In this document: piece by piece, positions 19,464-29,360 of the stretch
Layout of the letters: each line of letters opens with the position of its first letter
How positions within the stretch are numbered: position 1 is the first letter of the stretch
Source: Bdellovibrionota bacterium FG-1
GTDB lineage: Bacteria > Bdellovibrionota > UBA1018
Assembly: GCA_051382295.1 (NCBI GenBank)
Contig: JBBCAW010000008.1
Coordinates: forward strand, 64,001 to 128,000
Reading direction: 5' to 3'
DNA: 64,000 nt
Made by a program: the position numbers and the translations under genes
Notes under the pieces: model-generated
What the model saw: only the letters and a program-made list of their open reading frames with translations
Told to the model about the DNA's origin: nothing
Database searches by the model: none

Positions 19464-20876
19464 TCAAACCTGATAAGGAATTTTGAGAACTACCCGCGTC
19501 CATCCGCCTTCTTTTGAATCAATTTCCAAAAGTCCTCCGTATTTGTGAGCCAGCTGTTGGCAAATCGTCAGACCTAAACCAGTTCCTTCGCCTGGACCTT
19601 TAGTCGTAAAAAACGGCTTGAAAATGTTTTTCAAATCAGTCTTTTTGATCCCCTCACCCGTATCATAAACCGTCACACGCGCCCACTCTTTGCCCGCTTC
19701 CGACTCAGTTTGGGTCGAAATTTCCAACATCAAACGACCTCGCTCACGCGCCTGAACCTTAGAACGCAAGCTATCCAGCGAATTATTGACTAAATTGAGC
19801 AAAATCTGCTCCAAATCCAAGGGAACCGCCCGAACTGGGCCCATTTTGCGATCGAAATCTCGCCTCAACTCAACCCCTAAAGCCTCCAAACGGGGGCGTG
19901 CAATTCCAAGCGTCTTCTCGACCAATTGATTTAAATCGACCAGCTGTTTTTGAGAGACGGGTTTAGCCGTGCTCTGCAAAAAGCCTTTAACAATCTTCTC
20001 AATCTTGGCCACTTGCCCGTTAATAATTTCCAGGCGTTCACCACGTCCGATTTCTTCCTGAAGAAGTTGGAGATGCCCGCCAATCGCGTTCAGGGGAGTG
20101 CCAATCTCATGGGCAAAGCTGGCCGTGAGCTGGCCCATAACCGCGAGCTTTTCGGTATTCATAATTTGGCGCTGGGCATCATGAAGTTGCTCGGTCAATT
20201 GAATGTTTTGCGATTCAGCCCGCCGAAGGAGCCGATCATTCGCGATTGTTTTTCGAAGAAAGTAACTCAGCACCAAAATCAGACACACGACACTCATTGC
20301 TGCGGCCGTGGCCGTTGTTTTCCAAAGCGTCCCTATGATGTTCTCGACCACTTTGGCTGAAACAATGAGGTGAACCGTCCCCAGCAGGCGCCGGGGGCCT
20401 CGTGGATCACGCGAACGATGTTCAATAGGAACACTAATTTCCCAGTTATTCGCGCCATTTTCGTCTTCTTTGTACTCACTCGTCACCGCCTCGACCAAAC
20501 TAAACGCAGGCTGGGAAGCGGTCGGATCTTCTTCCACATTAGAGGCGACAACCTTAACGATGCCAGTCACCGGATCTTTCACCACAACGTCCACCCGAAC
20601 AATATTCGGCTGCGAATAAAGGATTTCCTGCATCCTCGACTCAATGGCGGGCGTTGGATTAGGCATCTGCAATAGACGCCCACTCACGATTTCAGCTGCG
20701 AGGGTTTTGCCGGAGGTGACTCCAATTTGGCGGATTTCATCTTCCAAAATAGGTTGGGTCAACTTGTTCTGAGCTACCGTCACAATAAGAAACGTGGGCA
20801 GAATCACTGCGACCAAAACAAGACTGACCTTGGCCTGAAGATCCAAACGCCGTTTGAGATTATGGAGCAATTGCAC
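19464..20876 (-). CDS. Membrane sensor histidine kinase
   Basis: Two TM segments, AHEIGTPL H-box, NLVNNS, DTGEG, FFTTK, GTGLGL. Confidence 0.93.
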   Translation of the reverse strand: MQLLHNLKRRLDLQAKVSLVLVAVILPTFLIVTVAQNKLTQPILEDEIRQIGVTSGKTLAAEIVSGRLLQMPNPTPAIESRMQEILYSQPNIVRVDVVVKDPVTGIVKVVASNVEEDPTASQPAFSLVEAVTSEYKEDENGANNWEISVPIEHRSRDPRGPRRLLGTVHLIVSAKVVENIIGTLWKTTATAAAMSVVCLILVLSYFLRKTIANDRLLRRAESQNIQLTEQLHDAQRQIMNTEKLAVMGQLTASFAHEIGTPLNAIGGHLQLLQEEIGRGERLEIINGQVAKIEKIVKGFLQSTAKPVSQKQLVDLNQLVEKTLGIARPRLEALGVELRRDFDRKMGPVRAVPLDLEQILLNLVNNSLDSLRSKVQARERGRLMLEISTQTESEAGKEWARVTVYDTGEGIKKTDLKNIFKPFFTTKGPGEGTGLGLTICQQLAHKYGGLLEIDSKEGGWTRVVLKIPYQV

Positions 20877-20907
20877 TCAACCAATCTACCCTTTTTCGGA
20901 CGACAAA

Positions 20908-20950
20908 TAAAAAAAAACCGAGGAACCCAAAAGGGAATCCCCGGTTTTCA
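20908..20950 (-). terminator. Rho-independent terminator after the small Ala/Lys-rich gene
   Basis: Minus-strand stem AAAACCGGGGATTCCC...GGGTTCCTCGGTTTT followed by a long U-tract. Confidence 0.7.
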
Positions 20951-20971
20951 AAATCAACTGATTTGATAAGC

Positions 20972-21214
20972 TTACTGACCTGCAGGAGCAGCTGGAGCGG
21001 CGACAGGGGCTGCAGGAGCAGCTGGCTCAGCAGCGGCTTTAGCTTTCTTAACTTTTTTGCTGGTCTTCTTCTTGGCTTTTTTTGCCTTCTGAACAACCAC
21101 GGTCTTTGGGGCTGCTGCGACTGGAGCAGCGGTCGTGGTGGTGGTGGTGGTTTCAGCAGCAAAAGCGGACATAGCGAACAAAGCAGCTACGATAACAACG
21201 AGGGTCCTTTTCAT
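20972..21214 (-). CDS. Small secreted Ala/Lys/Pro-rich low-complexity protein
   Basis: MKRTLVVIVAALFAMSAFA signal peptide, poly-Thr, KKAKKK repeats; AAGGAG RBS. Confidence 0.8.
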   Translation of the reverse strand: MKRTLVVIVAALFAMSAFAAETTTTTTTAAPVAAAPKTVVVQKAKKAKKKTSKKVKKAKAAAEPAAPAAPVAAPAAPAGQ

Positions 21215-21255
21215 ACAGATCTCCTTGAATGGTTTGGCGAACACCTCACCACTAG

Positions 21256-21271
21256 AGCAAAGGAAGTGCCA
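21256..21271 (-). promoter_or_regulatory. Sigma54 (-24/-12) promoter
   Basis: TGGCACTTCCTTTGCT on the minus strand. Confidence 0.85.
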
Positions 21272-21322
21272 TCATTTTTTTCCTCTATTTTCAATAGGTT
21301 ATCAATAACACCGGAGGGAAAC

Positions 21323-21362
21323 TGTCGCAAACCGCTACAGACTGATGCGGCGGGTTGCAACA
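21323..21362. promoter_or_regulatory. Tandem imperfect palindromes, putative enhancer (UAS) for a sigma54 activator
   Basis: TGTCGCAAACCGCTACA (21323-21339) and TGCGGCGGGTTGCAACA (21346-21362); IHF-like TTTCAATAGGTTA lies between these and the promoter. Confidence 0.55.
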
Positions 21363-21452
21363 CTTAAAAGGAAAGGATCAGCTTTCTGCGCTCAACCTTC
21401 CGCCAAAAATTCTTATGATTAAATCTGAATCCTTTTGTATGAATGCTGCACG

Positions 21453-22514
21453 ATGCTTCTCTCCTCCTCTCGCCCCTTAGCCAATAGAATCCAAGACCCC
21501 CGCCGAGTCCGAGCGGTGAACATCAGAAGTCAGGTCGAAGCTAAAATTCGATCTTTTTTTACGGCGAACGACTTCATTGAAACCCGTACCCCGCTCCTCG
21601 TTCGCTGTCCTGGCATGGAACCCCACCTTCGCCCCTTCCAGGTCGTTCGGCCTGCCAAGAACCCTGACGCCCCTGCCATTCCCAGCAATCGCGAAACACT
21701 CTTTCTTCCCACATCACCCGAGTTCGCCATGAAACGCCTGCTCGTGGGCGGTCTCCCTCGGATTTTTCAAATCTGCCCCGCATTTCGTGATGAGCCCGAG
21801 TCCTCTACCCATCGTCCCGAGTTTACCTTGCTCGAGTGGTACCGTGCTCACACTGGATATGAGCAGATCATGCAAGACACCGAGCAAATGATCGAGGCTC
21901 TGGCTCGCTCGATTCATGGCGACGCGATCATTCATTACCAAGGCAGAAAAATTTCGGTAAAAACCCCCTGGCCTCGCCTGAAAGTCCGTGAACTCTTTCA
22001 GCAACATGCAGCCGTTAATCTCGTTTGTGCGGCCGACACGACCGTTTTGGCCGCGCATTGCCGCCGCCTCGGCTTAACACCGACACCTACTGACACCTGG
22101 GATGACCTCTATTTCAGGATTTGGCTGAACCTCATTGAACCCAAACTGCCGAGCGATCAGGCCGTGTTTGTCATGCGCTATCCGCCTTCGCAAGCGGCGC
22201 TTGCGGTGATTGACAAAGACCCCGATGGATCGAGGTGGGCCAAGCGATTTGAAGTCTACGCCGCAGGCCTCGAACTCGGGAATGCCTTTGAAGAACTCAC
22301 CGATCCAGTTGAACAACGCAAACGTTTTGAAAAAGACATGGAGCTTCGCACGCAAACGTATGGCGAGGATTTTCCAAAAAGTCCGATCGATGAAGAATTC
22401 TTGAATGCCCTTCAAGAAGGCATGCCTCCCTCTGGCGGGATCGCCATGGGCGTGGACCGGCTGGTCATGCTCCTGGCGGATGAACCGAATATCGATTACA
22501 CTTTCTGGCTCTAG
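21453..22514 (+). CDS. epmA: EF-P lysine aminoacylase EpmA (GenX/PoxA)
   Basis: LPTSPEFAMKRLL, FRDE, HRPEFTLLEWYR, ELGNAFEEL, GIAMGVDRL; no anticodon-binding domain. Confidence 0.93.
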   Translation: MLLSSSRPLANRIQDPRRVRAVNIRSQVEAKIRSFFTANDFIETRTPLLVRCPGMEPHLRPFQVVRPAKNPDAPAIPSNRETLFLPTSPEFAMKRLLVGGLPRIFQICPAFRDEPESSTHRPEFTLLEWYRAHTGYEQIMQDTEQMIEALARSIHGDAIIHYQGRKISVKTPWPRLKVRELFQQHAAVNLVCAADTTVLAAHCRRLGLTPTPTDTWDDLYFRIWLNLIEPKLPSDQAVFVMRYPPSQAALAVIDKDPDGSRWAKRFEVYAAGLELGNAFEELTDPVEQRKRFEKDMELRTQTYGEDFPKSPIDEEFLNALQEGMPPSGGIAMGVDRLVMLLADEPNIDYTFWL

Positions 22515-22520
22515 TAGACG

Positions 22521-24392
22521 TTAGGTTTCGCCCTGTACCGCTTCCTGATAGCGATAAAGCCGCGCGTAAAGTCCCCCGGCTTGCAATAACTCGTCATGAC
22601 TTCCCTTCTCTTGAAGGGTTCCTTTATGAAGCACTAAAATCAAATCCGCCGTTTTGACCGTCGCCAAGCGGTGCGCGATCAAAATGGATGTGCGCCCTCG
22701 ACTCTCCTCATCAAGCGATATCTGAAGGCTCTCTTCAGTTTGCGAGTCCATATTGGCCGTGGCCTCATCCAAAATCCAAATCCGAGGGTTGGCCGCCAAC
22801 GCCCTCGAAAAAGCAAGCACCTGCTTTTCGCCCATTGAAAGATTCGTACCCCGTTCTTGAACCAACCCTGTACTGGTATTCCACCATTTTTCATAGCCCA
22901 GACGCGCCAGAGCTTTGCGCGCAGCCATCACACCGGCCCCGCTATCGTCTCGCCAAAAAGTAATATTGTCCTTAAGAGTACCTGAAAAGACAAAAGCATC
23001 CTGCTGAATCATCCCAATCGAAGCACGCAGACGACGTTTATCATAATCACGCAAATCCTTACCATCCAACAAAATGCGCCCACGCTGGGGTTCATAAAAC
23101 CGCATCAAAAGACTGATGAGCGTCGTTTTTCCAGCACCGGTATGACCAACCACGCCCACCCGTACCCCTGGAAGGATCTCCAAATTAAAGTCTTTCAATA
23201 CCCATCGTAATTCACTGTGGGCCTCACCACGGGTCTCGCCGCGTTTGTCATCATAGGCAAACCAAACCCCCTCAAAAATGATATGACCCCGCAAATTTTC
23301 ATAAGGCAGTGTCTCTTCTGAATTTTCGGGCGGAGTTCCAGGGTCTATGGGATTTGACCACGCCACTTCGGTGGGCCAATCTAGGATCGCAAAAATCCGT
23401 TCAACGGAAATCATACCGGACAAGAATACATTCCATTTATCGGCAATTTCCCGAACCGGCTGAAAAAGCGAAATAGAATAGGAAAAAAATGCGACCAACA
23501 CCCCCACTTTAATGACCCCGTTCGAAACACTTTGAGCACCAAAAAGCATGAGTAAAGCGACAGAGATCCCCGAAGCAATCGTAATAGCGGGCTGAAAAAA
23601 AGCATAGACACGAATCGTAGAAATCAATGCGTCCGTGTACCACTGATTAATCCGGCGAAACCGCTCGAGATGGAGATTTTGCCGATTAAACAAATGCACT
23701 ACTCTCATCCCGCTTAAATTTTCAGCCAAAAATGCATTCAGCGCGGACAACTTACTGCGAGATTCCCGGTACGACCTTCGCAATAACTGCGTGAAGTAAA
23801 CTCCAAAAATGACGAGAAACGGGAAAACGCTTGCAGCAATCATTCCCAACTTGACATCCAAAACCACCAGCCAAATCAGAATTCCGACCACCATCAGTGC
23901 GTTCGAAAGCATCGATACAAAACCGGCAGAAAACATTTCACCGATACTCCCGATATCGTTCGTCACGCGGGTCAATAGACGCCCAGCAGGATATTTGTCA
24001 TAAAGCCCCAGAGGAAGCCTCATAAGCGTAGAAAAAAGTTGAACACGCAATTCCTGCGTCACCCTCTGCCCCAATACCTCAAAAACAAAAGTTTGACCGA
24101 TCATCGCCAGGATCCGCACCAAAACCATCAAGAAAAACAGACCTGAAAGCCTCATCAGAAGCTCCCCCCGCTTGGGCACAATCGCCTCATCGATCGCGTA
24201 ACCAAAGATTCGAGGTTCAAGCAACGTGGCAAAGGTGCCTAGAAACATAAGAACCACACCAATCCCCAGCAACAAGCGGTGCCGACCAATCACTCGGGCC
24301 AACCGCCAAAAACTATTCGACTTCAGATGCGGTTGATCGCTCAAGTCATGAACTTCGTCCTGCTCAATAAATTCGGATGGGTTTGAACTCAC
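22521..24392 (-). CDS. ABC exporter, fused permease/ATPase (MdlB/YheH-like half)
   Basis: TM domain, GHTGAGKT, LSMGEKQ, LDEATA. Confidence 0.93.
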   Translation of the reverse strand: MSSNPSEFIEQDEVHDLSDQPHLKSNSFWRLARVIGRHRLLLGIGVVLMFLGTFATLLEPRIFGYAIDEAIVPKRGELLMRLSGLFFLMVLVRILAMIGQTFVFEVLGQRVTQELRVQLFSTLMRLPLGLYDKYPAGRLLTRVTNDIGSIGEMFSAGFVSMLSNALMVVGILIWLVVLDVKLGMIAASVFPFLVIFGVYFTQLLRRSYRESRSKLSALNAFLAENLSGMRVVHLFNRQNLHLERFRRINQWYTDALISTIRVYAFFQPAITIASGISVALLMLFGAQSVSNGVIKVGVLVAFFSYSISLFQPVREIADKWNVFLSGMISVERIFAILDWPTEVAWSNPIDPGTPPENSEETLPYENLRGHIIFEGVWFAYDDKRGETRGEAHSELRWVLKDFNLEILPGVRVGVVGHTGAGKTTLISLLMRFYEPQRGRILLDGKDLRDYDKRRLRASIGMIQQDAFVFSGTLKDNITFWRDDSGAGVMAARKALARLGYEKWWNTSTGLVQERGTNLSMGEKQVLAFSRALAANPRIWILDEATANMDSQTEESLQISLDEESRGRTSILIAHRLATVKTADLILVLHKGTLQEKGSHDELLQAGGLYARLYRYQEAVQGET

Positions 24393-26260
24393 GTGACCGA
24401 CTCCTCGAGTGACACGTCAAGCCTCTCCACATAACTCTCGAGATCTTCTTGCAAGCGCTGCTGTTCGTAGAATTGACGATAAAGGCCCCGCCGATCCATT
24501 GACAGCTCAGCATGGGTACCCACTTGCCGAATTTTCCCGTCCGCCAAAACCACAATTCGATCAGCGTCCTTGATGGTCGAAATTCGATGGGCCGCAATGA
24601 TTTCTGTATTCCGCCCGGACCGGGAGCGAAGGCCCTGCAAAATCTGCTCTTCTGTTTGTACGTCCACCGACGAAAGCGCATCATCCATAACCAAAATCGA
24701 AGGATGTTTTGCAATCGCACGCGCAATGGTCAAACGCTGTTTTTGCCCTCCCGACAGATTAACCCCACGTTCTCCCAGACGAGTTTGATAGGATTGCGAA
24801 AGCCCCAAAACTTCGTCATGCACTCCGGCTAGCCTCGCGGCGTCTTCGATCGACCTGGATTGTAAGCCCGGTGATTTCGCCCAGTTCAAAAGTCCAAAGG
24901 CGACATTTTCAGTAACGGTCTCACTAAAGAGAAAGACATCTTGACTCACAAAACCGACCTGCCGGCGTAACTCCTCCAAAGGCCAATCGTTTATATCGAC
25001 TCCATCAATCCATAGCATTCCCCGCTCCACTGGGTACATCCGTGGAAGAAGGGATAAAAGGGCGGACTTCCCCGCCCCGACGGCACCGACAAAGGCGACT
25101 CGTTCCCCCGCCTCGATGGTCAACGAAATCCCGTTTAAAACCGCACGATCAGTCCCGGGAAAACAAAAAACAAGATTTCGAAACTCGAATCTTCCTAGAG
25201 TACGCCCCTCCACCAGCGCCGGCAAAAGGGGCTGCGAAGACTCCGGAACATCGGTATGGATCGCTTGAACTTCTTTCAAACGATTCGAGCTCGAAACCGC
25301 GCGCTGATAATACCCCACGGACATCCCTAAAGCGGCCATCGGCCACACAATCTTTTGGATATAGCGCTGAAAAGCCACAAAAGTGCCTAAAGTAATAACA
25401 GCCCTTGCACCCGGCGTAATCATCCAACGTCCACCCACAAAGAGCAAAAGCACCATGCCAACGCTCATCACAAAATCGAGCGTGGGACCGAACGAAGTTT
25501 GCACCTTCGCCAAACTCAAATTGAGTTTGACAAATTCGTCACCTTTTCTCTTAAAGCGCGCGACCTGCGCTTCTTCACGCGAAAAGCCCTTCAAAACCCG
25601 AACACCGCTTAGACTTTCCTGGGCCATGGCCGAAAGCTCGGCAAAACACTTTTGAACTTTTTCAAACCGAGTATGGACCTCGCGCTCGTTGCGGTACACC
25701 AGCCAAGGTACGAGCGGAAGCGTGACAAAAGTTAAAAGGGTGAGCTGGGGCGAAAGCCAATACATTGCAACGGGTACTGTCAGTAAATAAAACAAAGAAT
25801 CAGCAAAGACGAGGATCCCCGCTCCGAGTTCCATCCTGACGGCTTCGATGTCATTGGTCGCAAGCGACATGAGCTCACCAATGGGTCTGCGATCAAAAAA
25901 ACTGGTTGAAAGCCCAAACAAATGCTCGGTAAAGCTTTGTCTCATGTCCTGACCGGCGAACATGCTGGCGCGAATCAGGTACATGCGCCATCCGTACCGA
26001 CAGACTCCCTGGATCAAAGCCACCGCCAAATAAAGAGCTGCGATCCGACGCAACTCTCCAAAATTTGCCGTTCCCGCAGTACTCAGATCCACTGCCTGCT
26101 TCAGAAATAAAGGGGGCAAGATCTCAAGACCATCGAGAACCACGAGCGTACCCAGCCCCAGGCAGACATAGGTCCGATACTTCCAAAGATAATGTCGAAT
26201 GAGTGAGCTATTCTCGAGAAAACGACCTATGAACGAATTTGGCGAAGATCCCCGACGCAT
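24389..26260 (-). CDS. ABC exporter, fused permease/ATPase (MdlA/YheI-like half)
   Basis: TM domain, GAVGAGKS, LSGGQKQR, degenerate MDDALSSVD. Confidence 0.93.
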   Translation of the reverse strand: MRRGSSPNSFIGRFLENSSLIRHYLWKYRTYVCLGLGTLVVLDGLEILPPLFLKQAVDLSTAGTANFGELRRIAALYLAVALIQGVCRYGWRMYLIRASMFAGQDMRQSFTEHLFGLSTSFFDRRPIGELMSLATNDIEAVRMELGAGILVFADSLFYLLTVPVAMYWLSPQLTLLTFVTLPLVPWLVYRNEREVHTRFEKVQKCFAELSAMAQESLSGVRVLKGFSREEAQVARFKRKGDEFVKLNLSLAKVQTSFGPTLDFVMSVGMVLLLFVGGRWMITPGARAVITLGTFVAFQRYIQKIVWPMAALGMSVGYYQRAVSSSNRLKEVQAIHTDVPESSQPLLPALVEGRTLGRFEFRNLVFCFPGTDRAVLNGISLTIEAGERVAFVGAVGAGKSALLSLLPRMYPVERGMLWIDGVDINDWPLEELRRQVGFVSQDVFLFSETVTENVAFGLLNWAKSPGLQSRSIEDAARLAGVHDEVLGLSQSYQTRLGERGVNLSGGQKQRLTIARAIAKHPSILVMDDALSSVDVQTEEQILQGLRSRSGRNTEIIAAHRISTIKDADRIVVLADGKIRQVGTHAELSMDRRGLYRQFYEQQRLQEDLESYVERLDVSLEESVT

Positions 26261-27201
26261 TGCAAAAAATCCTCAGGAAGAGGGCAAGATACTGAGACTT
26301 CAGTTTGATGGATGGGATGAGGGAAAGTCAAGCTCACGGCATGCAACATCATCCTGGTTTTTTCTCTTGGCCGACGATGACCATAAAGTGAATCCGCCAC
26401 AATCGGAAGCCCGACCTCTGAAAGATGGACTCGAATTTGATGGGTTCGACCGGTAATCGGTTTAGCCTCCACCCAGAGTGCGCGATTTCCGAGTTTTTCG
26501 ATCACTCTAAAATGGGTCTCGGCGGGGTCTCCGCCGGATCGAACGGCTCCAAACTGAGATTGCTTTCCGGGGGTCGAAAGCCGACCTAAATAGTTTTGCT
26601 CAACCCATTGATCCCGCACCTGAACTCCAGGCTCGATCCACGAAAGCGCCTGGTAAGTCTTACGCGCCAAGTGTTTAGAAAACATCTCGCTCGCCCCAGA
26701 GTTTGCGGCCTTGGACTTGACCAATAAAATCACGCCCGAAGTATCCCGGTCCAATCGATGATGGAGGGCGAGATAGGGATCGACAACGCCACTGCGGGCG
26801 GCCAAAAACTTCTTTACGGAAGAAAACAAATTCACCCGCGCTTCGTCTAGTGTCGGTTGGGTCGGCAAACCGGGCGGCTTATTGACGACAATGATGAACT
26901 CGTCTTCAAAAAGAACATCCGATTGAGTCATTTCAAAAGGACGATCTTGAGCACGTCCGTCATCCTCGAAGAGCTTTTTAAGATCAATCTGAACATCGAT
27001 TTTGGCATTGGGCATGAGCGGCTTCGAAGCGATCCGAACTCGACGCCCATTGAGATAAACCGCGCCCGCCACGATGAGCTTACGGACCTTGCCCTTCGAA
27101 ACGGGTTGCCCCAAGGCCACGGGCAACCACTCGGCCAAGACGTGGTCGAGGCGTTGGTTGCGTTGATCGAGGGTAGTTTTGAGCGTGTATTTTTTGAGCA
27201 A
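26227..27201 (-). CDS. RluA-family pseudouridine synthase with S4 domain
   Basis: VNKPPGL, HRLDRDTSG, TGRTHQIRVH, LHA. Confidence 0.93.
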   Translation of the reverse strand: MLKKYTLKTTLDQRNQRLDHVLAEWLPVALGQPVSKGKVRKLIVAGAVYLNGRRVRIASKPLMPNAKIDVQIDLKKLFEDDGRAQDRPFEMTQSDVLFEDEFIIVVNKPPGLPTQPTLDEARVNLFSSVKKFLAARSGVVDPYLALHHRLDRDTSGVILLVKSKAANSGASEMFSKHLARKTYQALSWIEPGVQVRDQWVEQNYLGRLSTPGKQSQFGAVRSGGDPAETHFRVIEKLGNRALWVEAKPITGRTHQIRVHLSEVGLPIVADSLYGHRRPREKTRMMLHAVSLTFPHPIHQTEVSVSCPLPEDFLQCVGDLRQIRS

Positions 27202-27227
27202 AAGTGGGGTCCCTTTCTAAATGACTA

Positions 27228-29360
27228 TCACCATGTGTGACTGTCCGGAAACCAAGGAGGATCCTTGGAGACGCAGCCCTTGAGATAGGTCATTTGTTTG
27301 TAATTCTGAGGGGGCAGACCAGTGCAAAGCCATATCTCAGTAAAGCCGATATTGACCATTTTTATGGCGATTTCCTCACCCTTCACACCACCCCCCAACA
27401 TACTGTCCACATAGATGGGGGTATTTTTATGGAGTCGTGGGGCAAAAGCAAAAAATTCATCGGGTGCGGTGAAGTGCCGCACATTTTTGCCATCTTTTTT
27501 AGCCGCGTACTTCCAGGTCATATGAACCAATGAATCATCGTCGATCAATACATAATCTGGTCGCTCAAGCGGCTCCGCAAAGGAAATTGGAACAAAGCCA
27601 GCCAACCCTTTGGGGATCAGACGAACTCTCAGCCTTTCACAACTTTGTCTAATATGGGGCTCTTCAAAACGACTGGTCACTAAGATGCTTTGGGGTCCAA
27701 TTTTCAGGCTCTCAATCAAATCAAGACCGGTTTGTTTGTGACCGAGAAGTTCATAATCTGCGAGATAAACAGCTGAACGTGCAGACGGGGACGAGTTCAC
27801 CCACTGGATCAACTCATCGGGCGTCGAAAAGTGAAGTACCTCAATGCCCTTTTCCTGCACTCGGAGCGAATCAAAACGCCCCTGCCAAATTCCATGAATA
27901 CTCGAGTCATCATCCAGCACGACTACTGGAGTGTTCAGCTCCAGCTTGAGTTCGGAAACAAACCATGAAGGAGCCCGGGCCTGAGGAAGCGAAATCAGGA
28001 CGGTGGTGCCCTTTCCAACCTCGGATTCAAGAGTGAGTGTGCCACCCCAGGATTCAACAGACGTTCGCGCATGAAAAAGGCCAAGCCCTGACCCACCTTG
28101 CTTGCCGTGGGTTTCGCCTCGCTGGCCGAGCTTGGCAAGGACCTCTGGTGGAATCCCTTTGCCGTTATCGGTGATTCTAATCTCGACCTGCCCTTCATTG
28201 CCCACGAGCGAGAGGATAACGACTCCTTTGTCGCCGAGGACCTCAACTGCGTTGTTCACAAGATTGGAAAGTGCCCGCTTGAATTCGGTGGGTTGAATCC
28301 TGGCAAAAAGACCGTAGGACGAAGCATCCAATCGCCCGTCGATTTCGACACCTATTTTTGAGCGAAACTGCATCCGTTTTTCGCTGATCAGCGGATCAAT
28401 GAGACTAGAAAGGAGCTGAACAGAAGACGCCTCGTTCGTTACTACCGCGGAGCTTTCAGCATTCGCAGTTACCGAAGTAGCTCGATGCTCCCGATTTTTT
28501 TCGATAAGATTGTTCGCGATGTCCTTAATGCGATTAATCGCCGTCCTCACAAGGATACGGTCGTCTTCAGGAAGGACTTGAAGGCCACCCAAAACGTTGT
28601 CGAGAGCCGCAAGGGGCGAACGGATGTCGTGGGCAACCTGGGCTGCTGTCCTTGCCAAAGCCTCCTGGAGAGTTGCCGCAATTAACTGCGCTTGAAATTC
28701 ATCAATCTTGGATGCCATTACTCCGATACTCGAAAGCAGCATCTGAACCTCTTTTACATCCGATCCTCGAATTTCATTAACTTGACTGGTGATGGTATCT
28801 ATCTTACCGGTGGCCAGCCCCTCAGAAAGCTTCGTAATGGGTCTGGAGATCGATATTCCGATCAGTCGAGCAAGCAAAAATTGAATCAAGGCAAAGAAAA
28901 AAATTGCGGCCACGAGAAGGCCAATTGATTTCGACTTAGTTTCTGAAGAAATTGCTGTAGAATATCGAATAACAACTTGCGCTGCGATATCCTTTTGTTT
29001 TTCGTCAAAAAACAGAGGAGTTTTAATAACAATTCCGTCAATGACTTCAGACCCAAAATCACAAATAGGTTGCCCTTTTGAATCCGTGATCCTCATGGAA
29101 AGAACTGGCTGATTACTAAAAAACGTCTTACATTTTCTGTAAACTTCGGCATTTGCCCCAATCAATATATCTTGCGAAATAGTTTCAGAAAACAGCAGTT
29201 GGGAAGATTTAAGATTATCCTCAAAAGATTTGTTAATCGTCTTAAAAATGACATGGGCAGAAACCAACGAAAATGCAATGAGAACCAACAAGCCAATCAA
29301 AAGGCTACGTAAAAAAATAAGCCGGCCAAGGGACTTTGACTCAATGCCCTTAAATATCAC
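27228..29360 (-). CDS. Hybrid sensor histidine kinase (TM-periplasmic-TM, HisKA, HATPase, two receiver-like domains)
   Basis: QVAHDIRSPL, NLVNNA, DNGKG, GSGLGL, VVVLDDD and YVLIDDD; GTG start 29360 with GGAGG RBS overlaps the SBP stop (GTGA). Confidence 0.9.
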   Translation of the reverse strand: MIFKGIESKSLGRLIFLRSLLIGLLVLIAFSLVSAHVIFKTINKSFEDNLKSSQLLFSETISQDILIGANAEVYRKCKTFFSNQPVLSMRITDSKGQPICDFGSEVIDGIVIKTPLFFDEKQKDIAAQVVIRYSTAISSETKSKSIGLLVAAIFFFALIQFLLARLIGISISRPITKLSEGLATGKIDTITSQVNEIRGSDVKEVQMLLSSIGVMASKIDEFQAQLIAATLQEALARTAAQVAHDIRSPLAALDNVLGGLQVLPEDDRILVRTAINRIKDIANNLIEKNREHRATSVTANAESSAVVTNEASSVQLLSSLIDPLISEKRMQFRSKIGVEIDGRLDASSYGLFARIQPTEFKRALSNLVNNAVEVLGDKGVVILSLVGNEGQVEIRITDNGKGIPPEVLAKLGQRGETHGKQGGSGLGLFHARTSVESWGGTLTLESEVGKGTTVLISLPQARAPSWFVSELKLELNTPVVVLDDDSSIHGIWQGRFDSLRVQEKGIEVLHFSTPDELIQWVNSSPSARSAVYLADYELLGHKQTGLDLIESLKIGPQSILVTSRFEEPHIRQSCERLRVRLIPKGLAGFVPISFAEPLERPDYVLIDDDSLVHMTWKYAAKKDGKNVRHFTAPDEFFAFAPRLHKNTPIYVDSMLGGGVKGEEIAIKMVNIGFTEIWLCTGLPPQNYKQMTYLKGCVSKDPPWFPDSHTW

